A DNA stretch of 64,000 nt from a candidate division WOR-3 bacterium (GTDB taxonomy: Bacteria; Hydrothermota; Hydrothermia; LBFQ01): positions 1 to 64,000 of the forward strand of contig JBDRWW010000001.1 of the NCBI GenBank assembly GCA_039802605.1, written 5' to 3'. Positions 18,459-27,799 of the stretch are shown here, one piece after another. Numbering within the stretch: the stretch's first letter is position 1; the number at the start of each line of letters is the position of its first letter. A program made the translations under genes and the position numbers. The notes under the pieces are model-generated. The model made no database searches and had not been told where the DNA came from. It saw nothing but the letters and a program-made list of their open reading frames with translations.

Positions 18459-20208
18459 AGCGGTGTTTTATGTATTTTACCCACACATTACCACACCTTA
18501 TGAAATAAATTCCCTTTCTTGCAATTTTTGCCTTTCTTCCCGTTATGTCATACAATTGGGAGTAATCGCATGTTGAAAAATTATTGGTAGCCTCCTTTAT
18601 GGGTAAAGGGGGGTTAGAGGTATCCGCCTCTTTCCACCTTTTATACCAATATTGGAAAAACTGATCGGCCAAAATTCTACTGTAAGCAATTACCACAACC
18701 TCATCGTTACGGGTAAAACCGTTATAACTCCAATTGGAGGAACCGAATTCAACGGCCTCCCTATCCCTTATCGCAAATTTGTCGTGGAATGTATAACCGT
18801 TTAAATAGGGTATTATCCTTGGGGGTGGCGTCCAAGAGCGCATATCCCAACTTTTTGAGGATGGATTGTTCCAATCGGAATAATCAAATATCCCCGCAAC
18901 CAACTTTCCAGAAAAATGCACATCTTGAAAGGCATAAAGTATCTCGTCGTTTGTGAAAACATTTATTCCAAAGTGTATTTGCGTGTTTGTTCCCCTGATA
19001 AAAGTCGTAAAAGCCCTCAATGCGGTATCCGCCGGTGGAAACCACAGCGTTAAGGAATCTTCCGGTATTACATTTATCGTATTCTGGATTTTCTGGGTTC
19101 CAAACTTGGAATTTGAAGGGTTGGGTATATCTCCATTACTTCCCCACATCTCATTGAATTCCTTTAAAAACTCATTTGCAACCCTATGGGACCGTATGGC
19201 AACAAGGCTATTCACCTGTAATGTATCCGCAAAAGTTGTAAAGTTATAAGAGCCGAGAAGGACTAAATCGTTTGTGGTATCCAAGTCCCTATTATCAATT
19301 GCTAAAACCTTCATATGCATCAGTCCATAATCAACCCTGTTGGAATCGGTATAAGTTGGAATACCGGCCGTTTCCAGTTGTTGTATGTATGTATTGTAGT
19401 TGCCCGATTCGTAAATAACCCTAACCCTTACACCCCTATTTTTTGCGGATATTAAAGAATCTACAATAACTTGGGATGAGAGGTTGTATACGGCTATATC
19501 AACATTGTACCGGGATTTACCTATGAGGTTTGCCACGACGAACCTTAAAGTATCATTTCCCGGGTTTTTTAAATATAGCGATACGGTTGTATCCGTTGGC
19601 CTATTGAAATATGCCGAGTATTTCATTAATTTATACCCAAATATATCGGAATCCATTCTTGGTAGAATTTCATAAACGGAAAAGTCCTGCCTTATGGGGC
19701 CGCTTATTCCTATGCTATCACCCAAGAAGGCCAAGTAATTAAACCTTGAAAAGTTCAAAACATTTATTTTAGAACCACCACCATACAATACAAAATCCCC
19801 ATACCTGTTGATCCAATGGTCTACAACCTTTCCGATTATTTTCACCAAAACCCCTTCAAGGCTTTCCGCTATTTCAGGAATTGATACCGTTATGGGATTT
19901 ATGGGAGAACCGGCCCCAAGGATGGTTATTGAACTTAAAATTATCTCCGTGGTTTTCCTATACTCCCGGACGACACCCGAAACCTCCACGCTATCCCATA
20001 GGTTTAGCGTCGGCATGGAACTCCCGGCATAAACGAATATCCCACACCAAGCGCATTGCCCATCCTGTATAAAAAATCCTCTTAATTCCGGGAATATGCC
20101 GCTAACCTTTCCAACAACGCTAACATAAGAACCTACAAGTGGAGAATCTCCACTCGTATCAGTTGTAAATTGTATATCACGAATGGTTAAGGATAAAACC
20201 GTTAACAC
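18451..20208 (-). CDS. Secreted phospholipase D-family protein with N-terminal OB-fold-like domains
   Basis: Two HKD motifs (HMKVLAID, HDKFAIRD) each followed by GS.N; N-terminal TIRDIQ...GFFIQD; C-terminal YDITGRK...GIYFI. Confidence 0.85.
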   Translation of the reverse strand: MLTVLSLTIRDIQFTTDTSGDSPLVGSYVSVVGKVSGIFPELRGFFIQDGQCAWCGIFVYAGSSMPTLNLWDSVEVSGVVREYRKTTEIILSSITILGAGSPINPITVSIPEIAESLEGVLVKIIGKVVDHWINRYGDFVLYGGGSKINVLNFSRFNYLAFLGDSIGISGPIRQDFSVYEILPRMDSDIFGYKLMKYSAYFNRPTDTTVSLYLKNPGNDTLRFVVANLIGKSRYNVDIAVYNLSSQVIVDSLISAKNRGVRVRVIYESGNYNTYIQQLETAGIPTYTDSNRVDYGLMHMKVLAIDNRDLDTTNDLVLLGSYNFTTFADTLQVNSLVAIRSHRVANEFLKEFNEMWGSNGDIPNPSNSKFGTQKIQNTINVIPEDSLTLWFPPADTALRAFTTFIRGTNTQIHFGINVFTNDEILYAFQDVHFSGKLVAGIFDYSDWNNPSSKSWDMRSWTPPPRIIPYLNGYTFHDKFAIRDREAVEFGSSNWSYNGFTRNDEVVVIAYSRILADQFFQYWYKRWKEADTSNPPLPIKEATNNFSTCDYSQLYDITGRKAKIARKGIYFIRCGNVWVKYIKHRFI

Positions 20209-20305
20209 TTGGATATTATAAGGGTGATAGGGCTTTGCTATACCTTGAAGTCCTCGGGATGTTTTGAAAGGTATAAACCTTTCAGCCTTATAATTTTGTG
20301 CTACG

Positions 20306-21184
20306 ATGTTAAGGGAGGTTATTGTAGAGTTTAAAGTTTATCTTTTAAGTAAAAACTGCTCTTTGAATACATTGATTGCGTACGAACACGACTTAAAGGT
20401 CTTTGAAGATTACCTTAACGAAAGGGGCATTAACTTTTTGGAATTTAATGAAAGGCATTTTGAAGATTTCATTTTCCATTTAACCAAATTTTCATCCTCA
20501 ACCATAAACAGAATAGCGGCAGCGGTAAAATCCTTTTACAAATTCCTCCACTTATACGAATACCTGGATAAAAACCCCTTAGAGGATACCCCATTACCCC
20601 AATACGAAAAACCACTACCAAAGGCATTATCCTTTGAAGAGGTTCAAAAACTTTTAAACTCCGTAGATACCTCAACACCCATAGGTTTAAGGGATAGGGT
20701 AATGCTTGAATTGATGTACGCAACTGGTATGAGGATATCGGAAACCCTTTCCTTAAAAGTTCTTGATGTTTCCTTAGAGAACACTTTGGTAAGGGTAGTG
20801 GGTAAGGGCAATAAGGAGCGCATAATCCCGTTTTATAAGAGGGTAAGGGATCTGTTGGTTAAATATTTAGAAGAGGCATATCCGAAAATATCAAAGGGCA
20901 AACCCTATCTATTTCCCAATTACAAGGGTGATAGGATGAGTAGGATAGGGGGTTGGAAAATAGTAAAGGAATATGCAACAATTGCGGGATTGGGATATAA
21001 GGTTCATCCCCATGTTTTAAGGCATACATTCGCCACGCATATGCTCTTGGGAGGATGCGATATAAGGACCTTGCAGGAACTCTTAGGACATTCCTCAATA
21101 ACTACAACGGAAAGGTATTTAAAGGTCAGTTTAAGCCGCGTATATGAAGTTTATATGGCCTCACACCCCTTAGCAAAACTATAA
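20306..21184 (+). CDS. xerD: Tyrosine recombinase XerD/XerC
   Basis: RDR..LELMYATGMRISE, GKGNKER, HPHVLRHTFATH, LLGH....TT..Y; XerC versus XerD not certain. Confidence 0.85.
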   Translation: MLREVIVEFKVYLLSKNCSLNTLIAYEHDLKVFEDYLNERGINFLEFNERHFEDFIFHLTKFSSSTINRIAAAVKSFYKFLHLYEYLDKNPLEDTPLPQYEKPLPKALSFEEVQKLLNSVDTSTPIGLRDRVMLELMYATGMRISETLSLKVLDVSLENTLVRVVGKGNKERIIPFYKRVRDLLVKYLEEAYPKISKGKPYLFPNYKGDRMSRIGGWKIVKEYATIAGLGYKVHPHVLRHTFATHMLLGGCDIRTLQELLGHSSITTTERYLKVSLSRVYEVYMASHPLAKL

Positions 21185-21780
21185 TGCTTATAAAGTCCTT
21201 TTCCGGTTTTTCAAATACCTACCTTTTGCAATGGAAAGATGAGGTTTTGGTTATAGACCCGGGCAACCCTTACGATATGGTAAAAAATCACTTAGAGGGA
21301 TTAAAAGCCATCGGTATAATCATTACGCATGGACACTTCGATCATTACATCCACCTTGAAGAATACAGAAAAGCGCTTAAATGTCCCGCATATATAAATT
21401 TCAAGGATCTGTTTTTGGTAAAGGATACCTCTTGGATTGAGGAGATGTTCGGTATAAAGATTGATTACTCGCCGTGGATAGATTTAGACATTAAAGAGGG
21501 GGATCTTATAAATGTCGGGGATAAGGTTTTGGAAGTTTGGGAAATACCGGGGCACTCCCCCGGAAGTATCGCTTTAATAGGAGAAAATTTTGTTATCAGC
21601 GGAGACCTGATCTTTGAAAACGGGGGTGTGGGGAGGACGGATTTGCCGGGAGGAAACTGGGAAGAATTGGAGAAAAGTATCAATAGGATTTTAACACTAC
21701 CCGAGGAATATGTTGTTTATCCCGGTCATGGAAGGCCCTTCACCATAAAGGAGGCTAAAAATTGGATAGTTGCGTGGTAG
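21184..21780 (+). CDS. Metallo-beta-lactamase fold hydrolase (glyoxalase II-like)
   Basis: THGHFDH, PGHSPGS, SGD, GRTDLPGG, YPGHG. Confidence 0.9.
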   Translation: MLIKSFSGFSNTYLLQWKDEVLVIDPGNPYDMVKNHLEGLKAIGIIITHGHFDHYIHLEEYRKALKCPAYINFKDLFLVKDTSWIEEMFGIKIDYSPWIDLDIKEGDLINVGDKVLEVWEIPGHSPGSIALIGENFVISGDLIFENGGVGRTDLPGGNWEELEKSINRILTLPEEYVVYPGHGRPFTIKEAKNWIVAW

Positions 21781-22523
21781 TTTTAAGGGATGAGAGTTTA
21801 AAGGGATATATAAAGGAAATAGAGGAGGTTTTTGAGGTTAGGGGTATAACCACATACGGTAAGGAGTGCAAATACAAAGGTGATATCTTTGTTGCCATAG
21901 GTGGTGATGGAACCTTCTTATGGGCTTGCCATATAGCAAAGGATAAACCCGTAATAGGCTTTAAAAGGGGAAGAATAGGGTTTTTGGCAACATTTGATAT
22001 ATCGGATATAAAAACCGTACTGTTAAGGGTTAAAAGGGGTGAAATAAAACCGGAGGAAAGGATAAGGCTGAAGTTAAACGATATTCTTGCATTAAACGAT
22101 ATAACGATAAACGCCCAAGAAGCGAGAATGATTGATGTGGTATTTAAGATAGGGGAACACAGGGAGATAAGCTTTAGGGGTGATGGGATAATTGTTGCAA
22201 CCCCTACCGGCTCAACGGCTTACAACCTGGCGGCCGGAGGGCCCATAGTATTACCCGATATACCCGCTTTCATAATAACCCCTATTTCCCCACATACATT
22301 AACTTTAAGGCCAATCGTTGTATCTTCCGATAAACCCATAATATTGAAGGTTTTCTATCGCAAAAGTCGCCCCCTTTTATCCGCGGATGGAAGGGCGGTA
22401 AAAAAACTGGAAAACGGGGAGGAGGTTGTTATTACAAAAGGATCACCGGCTTTAATATATTCTGGAAAGGACTTTTTTGAGAGCTTGTTTCAAAATCTCG
22501 TCCAAAACTCAACAACCTTATAA
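21762..22523 (+). CDS. nadK: NAD+ kinase
   Basis: GGDGT, GRIGFL, ALND, GDGIIVATPTGSTAYNLAAGGP. Confidence 0.93.
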   Translation: MDSCVVVLRDESLKGYIKEIEEVFEVRGITTYGKECKYKGDIFVAIGGDGTFLWACHIAKDKPVIGFKRGRIGFLATFDISDIKTVLLRVKRGEIKPEERIRLKLNDILALNDITINAQEARMIDVVFKIGEHREISFRGDGIIVATPTGSTAYNLAAGGPIVLPDIPAFIITPISPHTLTLRPIVVSSDKPIILKVFYRKSRPLLSADGRAVKKLENGEEVVITKGSPALIYSGKDFFESLFQNLVQNSTTL

Positions 22524-22537
22524 TATCTTCTTCTCAG

Positions 22538-22609
22538 GCGGGCGTAGCTCAAAGGTAGAGCACCAGCCTTCCAAGCTGGGGGTTGCGGGTTCGAGTCCCG
22601 TCGCCCGCT
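22538..22609 (+). tRNA. tRNA-Gly(TCC), CCA not encoded
   Basis: Acceptor stem GCGGGCG/CGCCCGC, anticodon arm CCAGC-CTTCCAA-GCTGG, T-loop TTCGAGT, discriminator T followed by CTT. Confidence 0.95.
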
Positions 22610-22612
22610 CTT

Positions 22613-22792
22613 ATGGCGCGCGTTTGTGAGATATGCGGAAAAGGTGTGATGACCGGTCATAACATAAGCCATTCGCATAGACTTACGAAAAGAAAATTTT
22701 ATCCAAACCTTAGGAAGGCTAAGGTTAGGATAGGTTCTTCCGTTCGTGTTGCAAGGGTATGCACGAAATGTTATAGAAAGTATAAGGTATAA
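22613..22792 (+). CDS. rpmB: 50S ribosomal protein L28 (Zn-binding type)
   Basis: [10 protein letters not shown]...[19 protein letters not shown]...VCTKC; true start ATG 22613 (the longer ORF-track start lies inside the tRNA). Confidence 0.95.
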   Translation: MARVCEICGKGVMTGHNISHSHRLTKRKFYPNLRKAKVRIGSSVRVARVCTKCYRKYKV

Positions 22793-25700
22793 AAGGGCAA
22801 AAGGTTTGGATTATTAGGGTAATTTTCGTTTTTGTTCTTTTCTCAATAGTTTTATGGTTTGTTTTAAATTGGGTGGCGATTTTAAGGTTTGTTATAAGCT
22901 CATTGATAAAGGTTCCATTAAGGGGCGAGGTTGAATTCGTTTCCCTAAACTCCGTAAAATTAAAGGATATAAGCATAGGAAACGGGATTAGGGCAAAGGA
23001 GATATACATACACTACTATTTGGATAAACTCCTGCTTTACCGTACGGTTGATTATATAAATGTATATGGGGGGTATGTTGATATCCCTTCCGTAATTGAA
23101 GATTTTGCCAAGGAAAAAGGAGAGGAGAAAGCCCGTAAAAAACCCAACTTACCTTTTCTTTCCCTTGAAATGGTTGAGTTTGAAGATTTTACCTTAAAGT
23201 CGTCAGAAAATTTGGAAATATGGGCTTTTGGTGGGAAGTTTTTATTTGGTATGGGGGGTAATAGGATTGAATTAAAAAGGATATCATTAAATGCCGTTGA
23301 TATACCCCCTTTGGTGTTCATTGATAGCGCAAATGCGGATCTTTCCTTTGACTTTGACACATTAAAGTTATTTTCACAAAAAATAATGGGTTATATTGAT
23401 ACCATGAGGTTTTCAACTGATGGATTTTCGCTTAGCTATCCGATACAAGGGGATACCCCAAATATCTTTATGTACATAAAAAGCGGAACTCTTAGTATTA
23501 TGGGTACGAAAAACGCAAAAATTAACTGGAAATTCCTTAACAACCTTGGGGATATGTCTTTTGAAACGGATAGCGTATGGTATTCGGATATATTCGTAAA
23601 ATATGCAAAGGGAAATATTGATTTGAAAAGTTATCCGGAGATATTTGTAAGCGCATCGGGTGAAATATTCAACGGGAAATTTGAAACATCCGTGTTCGTG
23701 GATAGTTCCATAAATATATTAGGTTCCACTTTCGCCTACAACATATCGCCTATACCCAATGTAAGGATTACGGGTAAGGCGGATTTTGAAGTGTATAAAT
23801 CCCGAATAAGGGTTAAGGGATATGTATCGGATTTTTACAATTCTGAACCCGAATTCACATTAAACGATGTATACTTTTCGGTGGAAAGCCCCGATTTTAT
23901 TAAGTATTCCTATAAAGTTTTTAACAATTTCATAAACATTAGCGGTTGGTACAACCTTAAAGGTGAGGATTTTTATGCAAGGTTTTCTTTAAGAAAGCCC
24001 ACCCGAATCGTATCATTTGGGAATTTGAGGGTTTTCACATTTGAAGGGGATGGTGAGGTTGTGAAAATGGGTAGGGAATTGGATTTATATATAGGGAAAG
24101 TGAATGGTTGGTATGCGATAATTGATTCATTTCGTATAGACGAATTTTCGTTACAAAACTTCCGGATTAAAACGGACTTTTACTCCCCAAATATTAAAAA
24201 CACATTTTTAAAGGGTTACTTTACCGCAAACACTTTACACCCGGAAACATTGAAAATTTCGGGAAATATTGATTACGATTCGGGTGATGTAAAGGGGTAT
24301 ATAAACTTTCAAACGGCAAAGTTTGGAGATGGCAGGGTATATATAACCGGTTATATAAGCGATACGAATAACTTAAAGATAACATTTGACAGCCTATACT
24401 ATTCGTACAAAAACTTGGATATAAAGGTTTATGGGATTTCTTACTCCCTTGATACCTCGGTTATGAAGGTATTCGTACCCCAGAACAACCTACTAAACGG
24501 CTCATTGCAAGGGGAATTGAGTTTAAACAGGAAAACGGATACATTATCCGGGTTTTTAAAGGGGAACAATATTTCTATATCAAGGATAATACCCATATTC
24601 TTTCCGGAGGCGGATTTCTATTTGGATACCATAAATGTGGATTTGGTATTTAGTGGTACAACGGATGATCCCGTTGTAAGCGGCAATATAAGGACTTCAT
24701 CGGTGGTATTTCAAAATATATTTTTGGATTCAACCGATTTAAACGCCATAATATCCAAAGATAAGATAACATTGGAAAAATCAAAGATTTGGGCGGGTGA
24801 AAACCCTTTATTTGTAGAAATCCTGAAAGTTTTCTTCGACAACAGGGTTATATATGGGCACATATATACCAATGGGTGGAACACGGATAATATTTTGAAC
24901 TTCCTTATGCCCGAATCAAGTTATGTAAATGCCAATATATGGTTGGCGGGCACCATTGATAACCCGGATATTATGGGACAGGCCTTTTGGACGGCAAAAT
25001 CCGTTGAAATTAACGGAAACCCAATTTCAAGGCCAAAAATCCACATGATTTTTGATTCCAAGAAAATAATCTTGGCCCCGAGAAACGATACAAATGTTAT
25101 ATATTTGGGAGGCGGAAGTGTTGAGATAGGGGGAAATATAAGCACGAACGGTAATATAGACTCTTTGGTTTTGAATTTGAGAAATGCGTATATAAACCTT
25201 GATAACGAGACATCCGCAAGGCTTTCTGGAAATCTGCTTGTAAGTGGGAATATATATTCTCAAATATTTGTTAGGGGGGAGATATTCTCGCATGAGTTTT
25301 ATTTTGCAAAACCGTTATCGGAGTTGGCGGCACCACCCCAACAGAAGAGCCAAAAACCCATTATATTGTACGATATACACTTCTCGGCACCCCGCAGGTT
25401 GTTCATAAACTCCCCTATATATTCTCAGGCTTTTTCATCGGTTGTTATGGAAATAGATGCGGAGGTATCTGCGGACATTACCCTTCAAAAGGTATCACCC
25501 GTTTCCGCCCTGAACTATGGGTATTTGGAGATCATAAGGGGGAATGTCTATGTCCTTGACAAGGTTTTTAACATAGACAAGGGTTATATAGAGTTGTACG
25601 GGAACGATGGAAACATAAACATATCCTCTTCAACCACAATTTTAAAGCCCATAAACGATACAATACTTGGAAATTCTTACGATAGTGTAAATGTTTTTGT

Positions 25701-26082
25701 GAATATAACGGGAAGCATAAGCAAACCAAAGGTTGATGTATGGAGCCAACCTTATATGAGTACCGGGGAAATTATTACTTTAATACTCGCCAGGCAAGGT
25801 GGTTTGGTATCCGCCCTAATAGGTATGGGCCTAAGGAAGGGATTGAGAATACAAGAGTTTAGCATAAAAAATACCGGAGATATATCGCAATTAATTTTTG
25901 GGACATATGTGGGAAGAAACCTATACATCCGTTATTCGTCAAACAAGGTTGGTCAATCAAACTATAACAGTTTAAAAACCCAATACTTTATAAGAAACAA
26001 CCTATCCGTATACGGTGAAAGGTTGGAAGACGAAGGGGAAAACAAATACGGAGTGGGTGTAAGCGTGAGAATAAGGTTTTAA
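22789..26082 (+). CDS. tamB: TamB / AsmA-like translocation-assembly module protein
   Basis: Long beta-rich protein with a DUF490-like C-terminus (G...P.V..WS.P.M...EI...[14 protein letters not shown]); N-terminal TM anchor is encoded upstream of GTG 22873, back to ATA 22789. Confidence 0.7.
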   Translation: MKGQKVWIIRVIFVFVLFSIVLWFVLNWVAILRFVISSLIKVPLRGEVEFVSLNSVKLKDISIGNGIRAKEIYIHYYLDKLLLYRTVDYINVYGGYVDIPSVIEDFAKEKGEEKARKKPNLPFLSLEMVEFEDFTLKSSENLEIWAFGGKFLFGMGGNRIELKRISLNAVDIPPLVFIDSANADLSFDFDTLKLFSQKIMGYIDTMRFSTDGFSLSYPIQGDTPNIFMYIKSGTLSIMGTKNAKINWKFLNNLGDMSFETDSVWYSDIFVKYAKGNIDLKSYPEIFVSASGEIFNGKFETSVFVDSSINILGSTFAYNISPIPNVRITGKADFEVYKSRIRVKGYVSDFYNSEPEFTLNDVYFSVESPDFIKYSYKVFNNFINISGWYNLKGEDFYARFSLRKPTRIVSFGNLRVFTFEGDGEVVKMGRELDLYIGKVNGWYAIIDSFRIDEFSLQNFRIKTDFYSPNIKNTFLKGYFTANTLHPETLKISGNIDYDSGDVKGYINFQTAKFGDGRVYITGYISDTNNLKITFDSLYYSYKNLDIKVYGISYSLDTSVMKVFVPQNNLLNGSLQGELSLNRKTDTLSGFLKGNNISISRIIPIFFPEADFYLDTINVDLVFSGTTDDPVVSGNIRTSSVVFQNIFLDSTDLNAIISKDKITLEKSKIWAGENPLFVEILKVFFDNRVIYGHIYTNGWNTDNILNFLMPESSYVNANIWLAGTIDNPDIMGQAFWTAKSVEINGNPISRPKIHMIFDSKKIILAPRNDTNVIYLGGGSVEIGGNISTNGNIDSLVLNLRNAYINLDNETSARLSGNLLVSGNIYSQIFVRGEIFSHEFYFAKPLSELAAPPQQKSQKPIILYDIHFSAPRRLFINSPIYSQAFSSVVMEIDAEVSADITLQKVSPVSALNYGYLEIIRGNVYVLDKVFNIDKGYIELYGNDGNINISSSTTILKPINDTILGNSYDSVNVFVNITGSISKPKVDVWSQPYMSTGEIITLILARQGGLVSALIGMGLRKGLRIQEFSIKNTGDISQLIFGTYVGRNLYIRYSSNKVGQSNYNSLKTQYFIRNNLSVYGERLEDEGENKYGVGVSVRIRF

Positions 26083-26110
26083 AATTTTTTCATCATTAGA
26101 ATACAATAAG

Positions 26111-26398
26111 GTGAGTGGATTAGAACTTGAAAGGTGTTGTAATCCGTGGGAGGAATGCTGTATAAAGTTTGGAAAGGTGCGGGGAAGACAAACATATTTT
26201 TGTAAGAGGTCAAAAAGGAGATTTGTGTGGGGTGGTAAGTGGAACAAGTATTCATATAAATGGTTTTATACGGTTATAAACATGCGTAACAACGGTTTGA
26301 GTTTAAGGGAAATTTCGAGGAGGACTGGGATCCCTTTTTCAACGGTTAGGAGGTTTGTAAAGAGGTATTTGGTTACCATCAAAACGGATCAAAACTGA
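26111..26398 (+). CDS. IS1 InsA-like protein (degenerate Zn ribbon + HTH); no InsB transposase
   Basis: KFGKVRGRQTYFCK...RF and GLSLREISRRTGIPFSTVRRFVK; TAGAAT 8 nt upstream. Confidence 0.65.
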   Translation: MSGLELERCCNPWEECCIKFGKVRGRQTYFCKRSKRRFVWGGKWNKYSYKWFYTVINMRNNGLSLREISRRTGIPFSTVRRFVKRYLVTIKTDQN

Positions 26399-26425
26399 TT
26401 TCGGGACGGGTGGAGAATACCGATA

Positions 26426-27772
26426 ATGAAAAGGTTTGATATGGATTACGACATTGTGATTATAGGCGGTGGTTCCGCGGGATTTTCGGCTGCAATAGAG
26501 GCAAGGAAATTAAATGCCAAAGTTTTACTCATAAACGATGGATTAATAGGGGGAACTTGTGTGAATGTGGGATGTGTCCCATCAAAGTACCTTTTAAAAA
26601 TGGCAGAAATTGGAAAACCCTTTGATTATGTCGTGGAAAACCTTCCGAAAATAATAGAGAAAATGAGGAGGGAAAAATACGAAGAACTCGTCGAATTTTA
26701 CGGGTTTGATTTTATAAGGGGAAAGGGAAAAATATTATCGGAAAACGATGTAGAGGTTAATGGTAAAGTTTTCAAAACGAGATATATCATTATCGCCACG
26801 GGTTCAAGGCCATTTATACCGCCGATTAAAGGCTTGGATACCGTTCCGTATTTAACAAACCTTAATATTTTTTCCTTAAAAGAGCTTCCCAAAAAGTTGC
26901 TAATAATAGGTGGGGGATATATAGGAGTTGAACTTTCACAGGCGTTTAGGAGGTTTGGCAGTGAAGTTTATGTCGTGGAGATGGCAAACCAGATATTACC
27001 CCAAGAAGACGAAGATATTGCATATACCCTTAAAGAAACCCTTGAAAACGAAGGCGTAAAAATTTATACGGATTGTGTTGTGGAAAGTGTAAGCATAAGT
27101 AACGGAAATATATCCGCAAAATGTAAGGATAAAAACGGTGAATTCCTTCTAAACGCAACCCATATACTCGTGGCCGCAGGAAGAATGGGTAATACGGAAG
27201 GCTTGGGACTTGAAAACATAGGGGTAAAGGTTGATGGGAAGAGGTTTGTTATTACGGACGATACGCTTAGGACAAGTGTAAAAACCATCTTTGCGGTTGG
27301 GGATGTAAATGGTAAATCCCCCTTCGTATATGTTGGCGCAAGGGAGGGAAAATTGGCAGTAAGAAACGCTCTACTAAGTGAGAATAACAAATTAAATTAC
27401 AATGTTGTGCCTTATGTGGTTTTTACGGATCCGCAGGTGTCGGGTGTTGGTGCTGGGGAGAGGTTTTTAAAAGGTTTGGAGATTGAATACGGAAAAAGTG
27501 TTTTGGATTACAACGATATACCGATCGCCGGATTAATACCAAACACAAAGGGTTTTATAAAGGTTTTATTCTCACATAACGGTAAGATTATAGGGGTAAG
27601 AATTATAGGGAAGTTGGCAGGTGAATTGATAACTCCTTATACCATTGCGATGGGTTTGGGTGTTTCAAAGGATAAACTAATGGATGTTCTTTATCCGTTT
27701 CTGACCTTTTCCGAAGGGATAAGGTTATCCCTTTTAGAAAACGCCGAACATTTGAGTTGCTGTGCGGGATAA
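26426..27772 (+). CDS. merA: Mercuric reductase without the NmerA domain
   Basis: GGGSAG, GGTCVNVGCVPSK, YPFLT, C-terminal LSCCAG vicinal cysteines. Confidence 0.88.
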   Translation: MKRFDMDYDIVIIGGGSAGFSAAIEARKLNAKVLLINDGLIGGTCVNVGCVPSKYLLKMAEIGKPFDYVVENLPKIIEKMRREKYEELVEFYGFDFIRGKGKILSENDVEVNGKVFKTRYIIIATGSRPFIPPIKGLDTVPYLTNLNIFSLKELPKKLLIIGGGYIGVELSQAFRRFGSEVYVVEMANQILPQEDEDIAYTLKETLENEGVKIYTDCVVESVSISNGNISAKCKDKNGEFLLNATHILVAAGRMGNTEGLGLENIGVKVDGKRFVITDDTLRTSVKTIFAVGDVNGKSPFVYVGAREGKLAVRNALLSENNKLNYNVVPYVVFTDPQVSGVGAGERFLKGLEIEYGKSVLDYNDIPIAGLIPNTKGFIKVLFSHNGKIIGVRIIGKLAGELITPYTIAMGLGVSKDKLMDVLYPFLTFSEGIRLSLLENAEHLSCCAG

Positions 27773-27799
27773 AGGTGGGTGCCGGTATTTCAATTGACC

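Noticed and set aside
20306..21184. Tyrosine recombinase as an island integrase near tRNA-Gly
   Set aside because: Size and motifs fit housekeeping XerC/D. It is coupled to core genes and no duplicated tRNA 3' end was seen.
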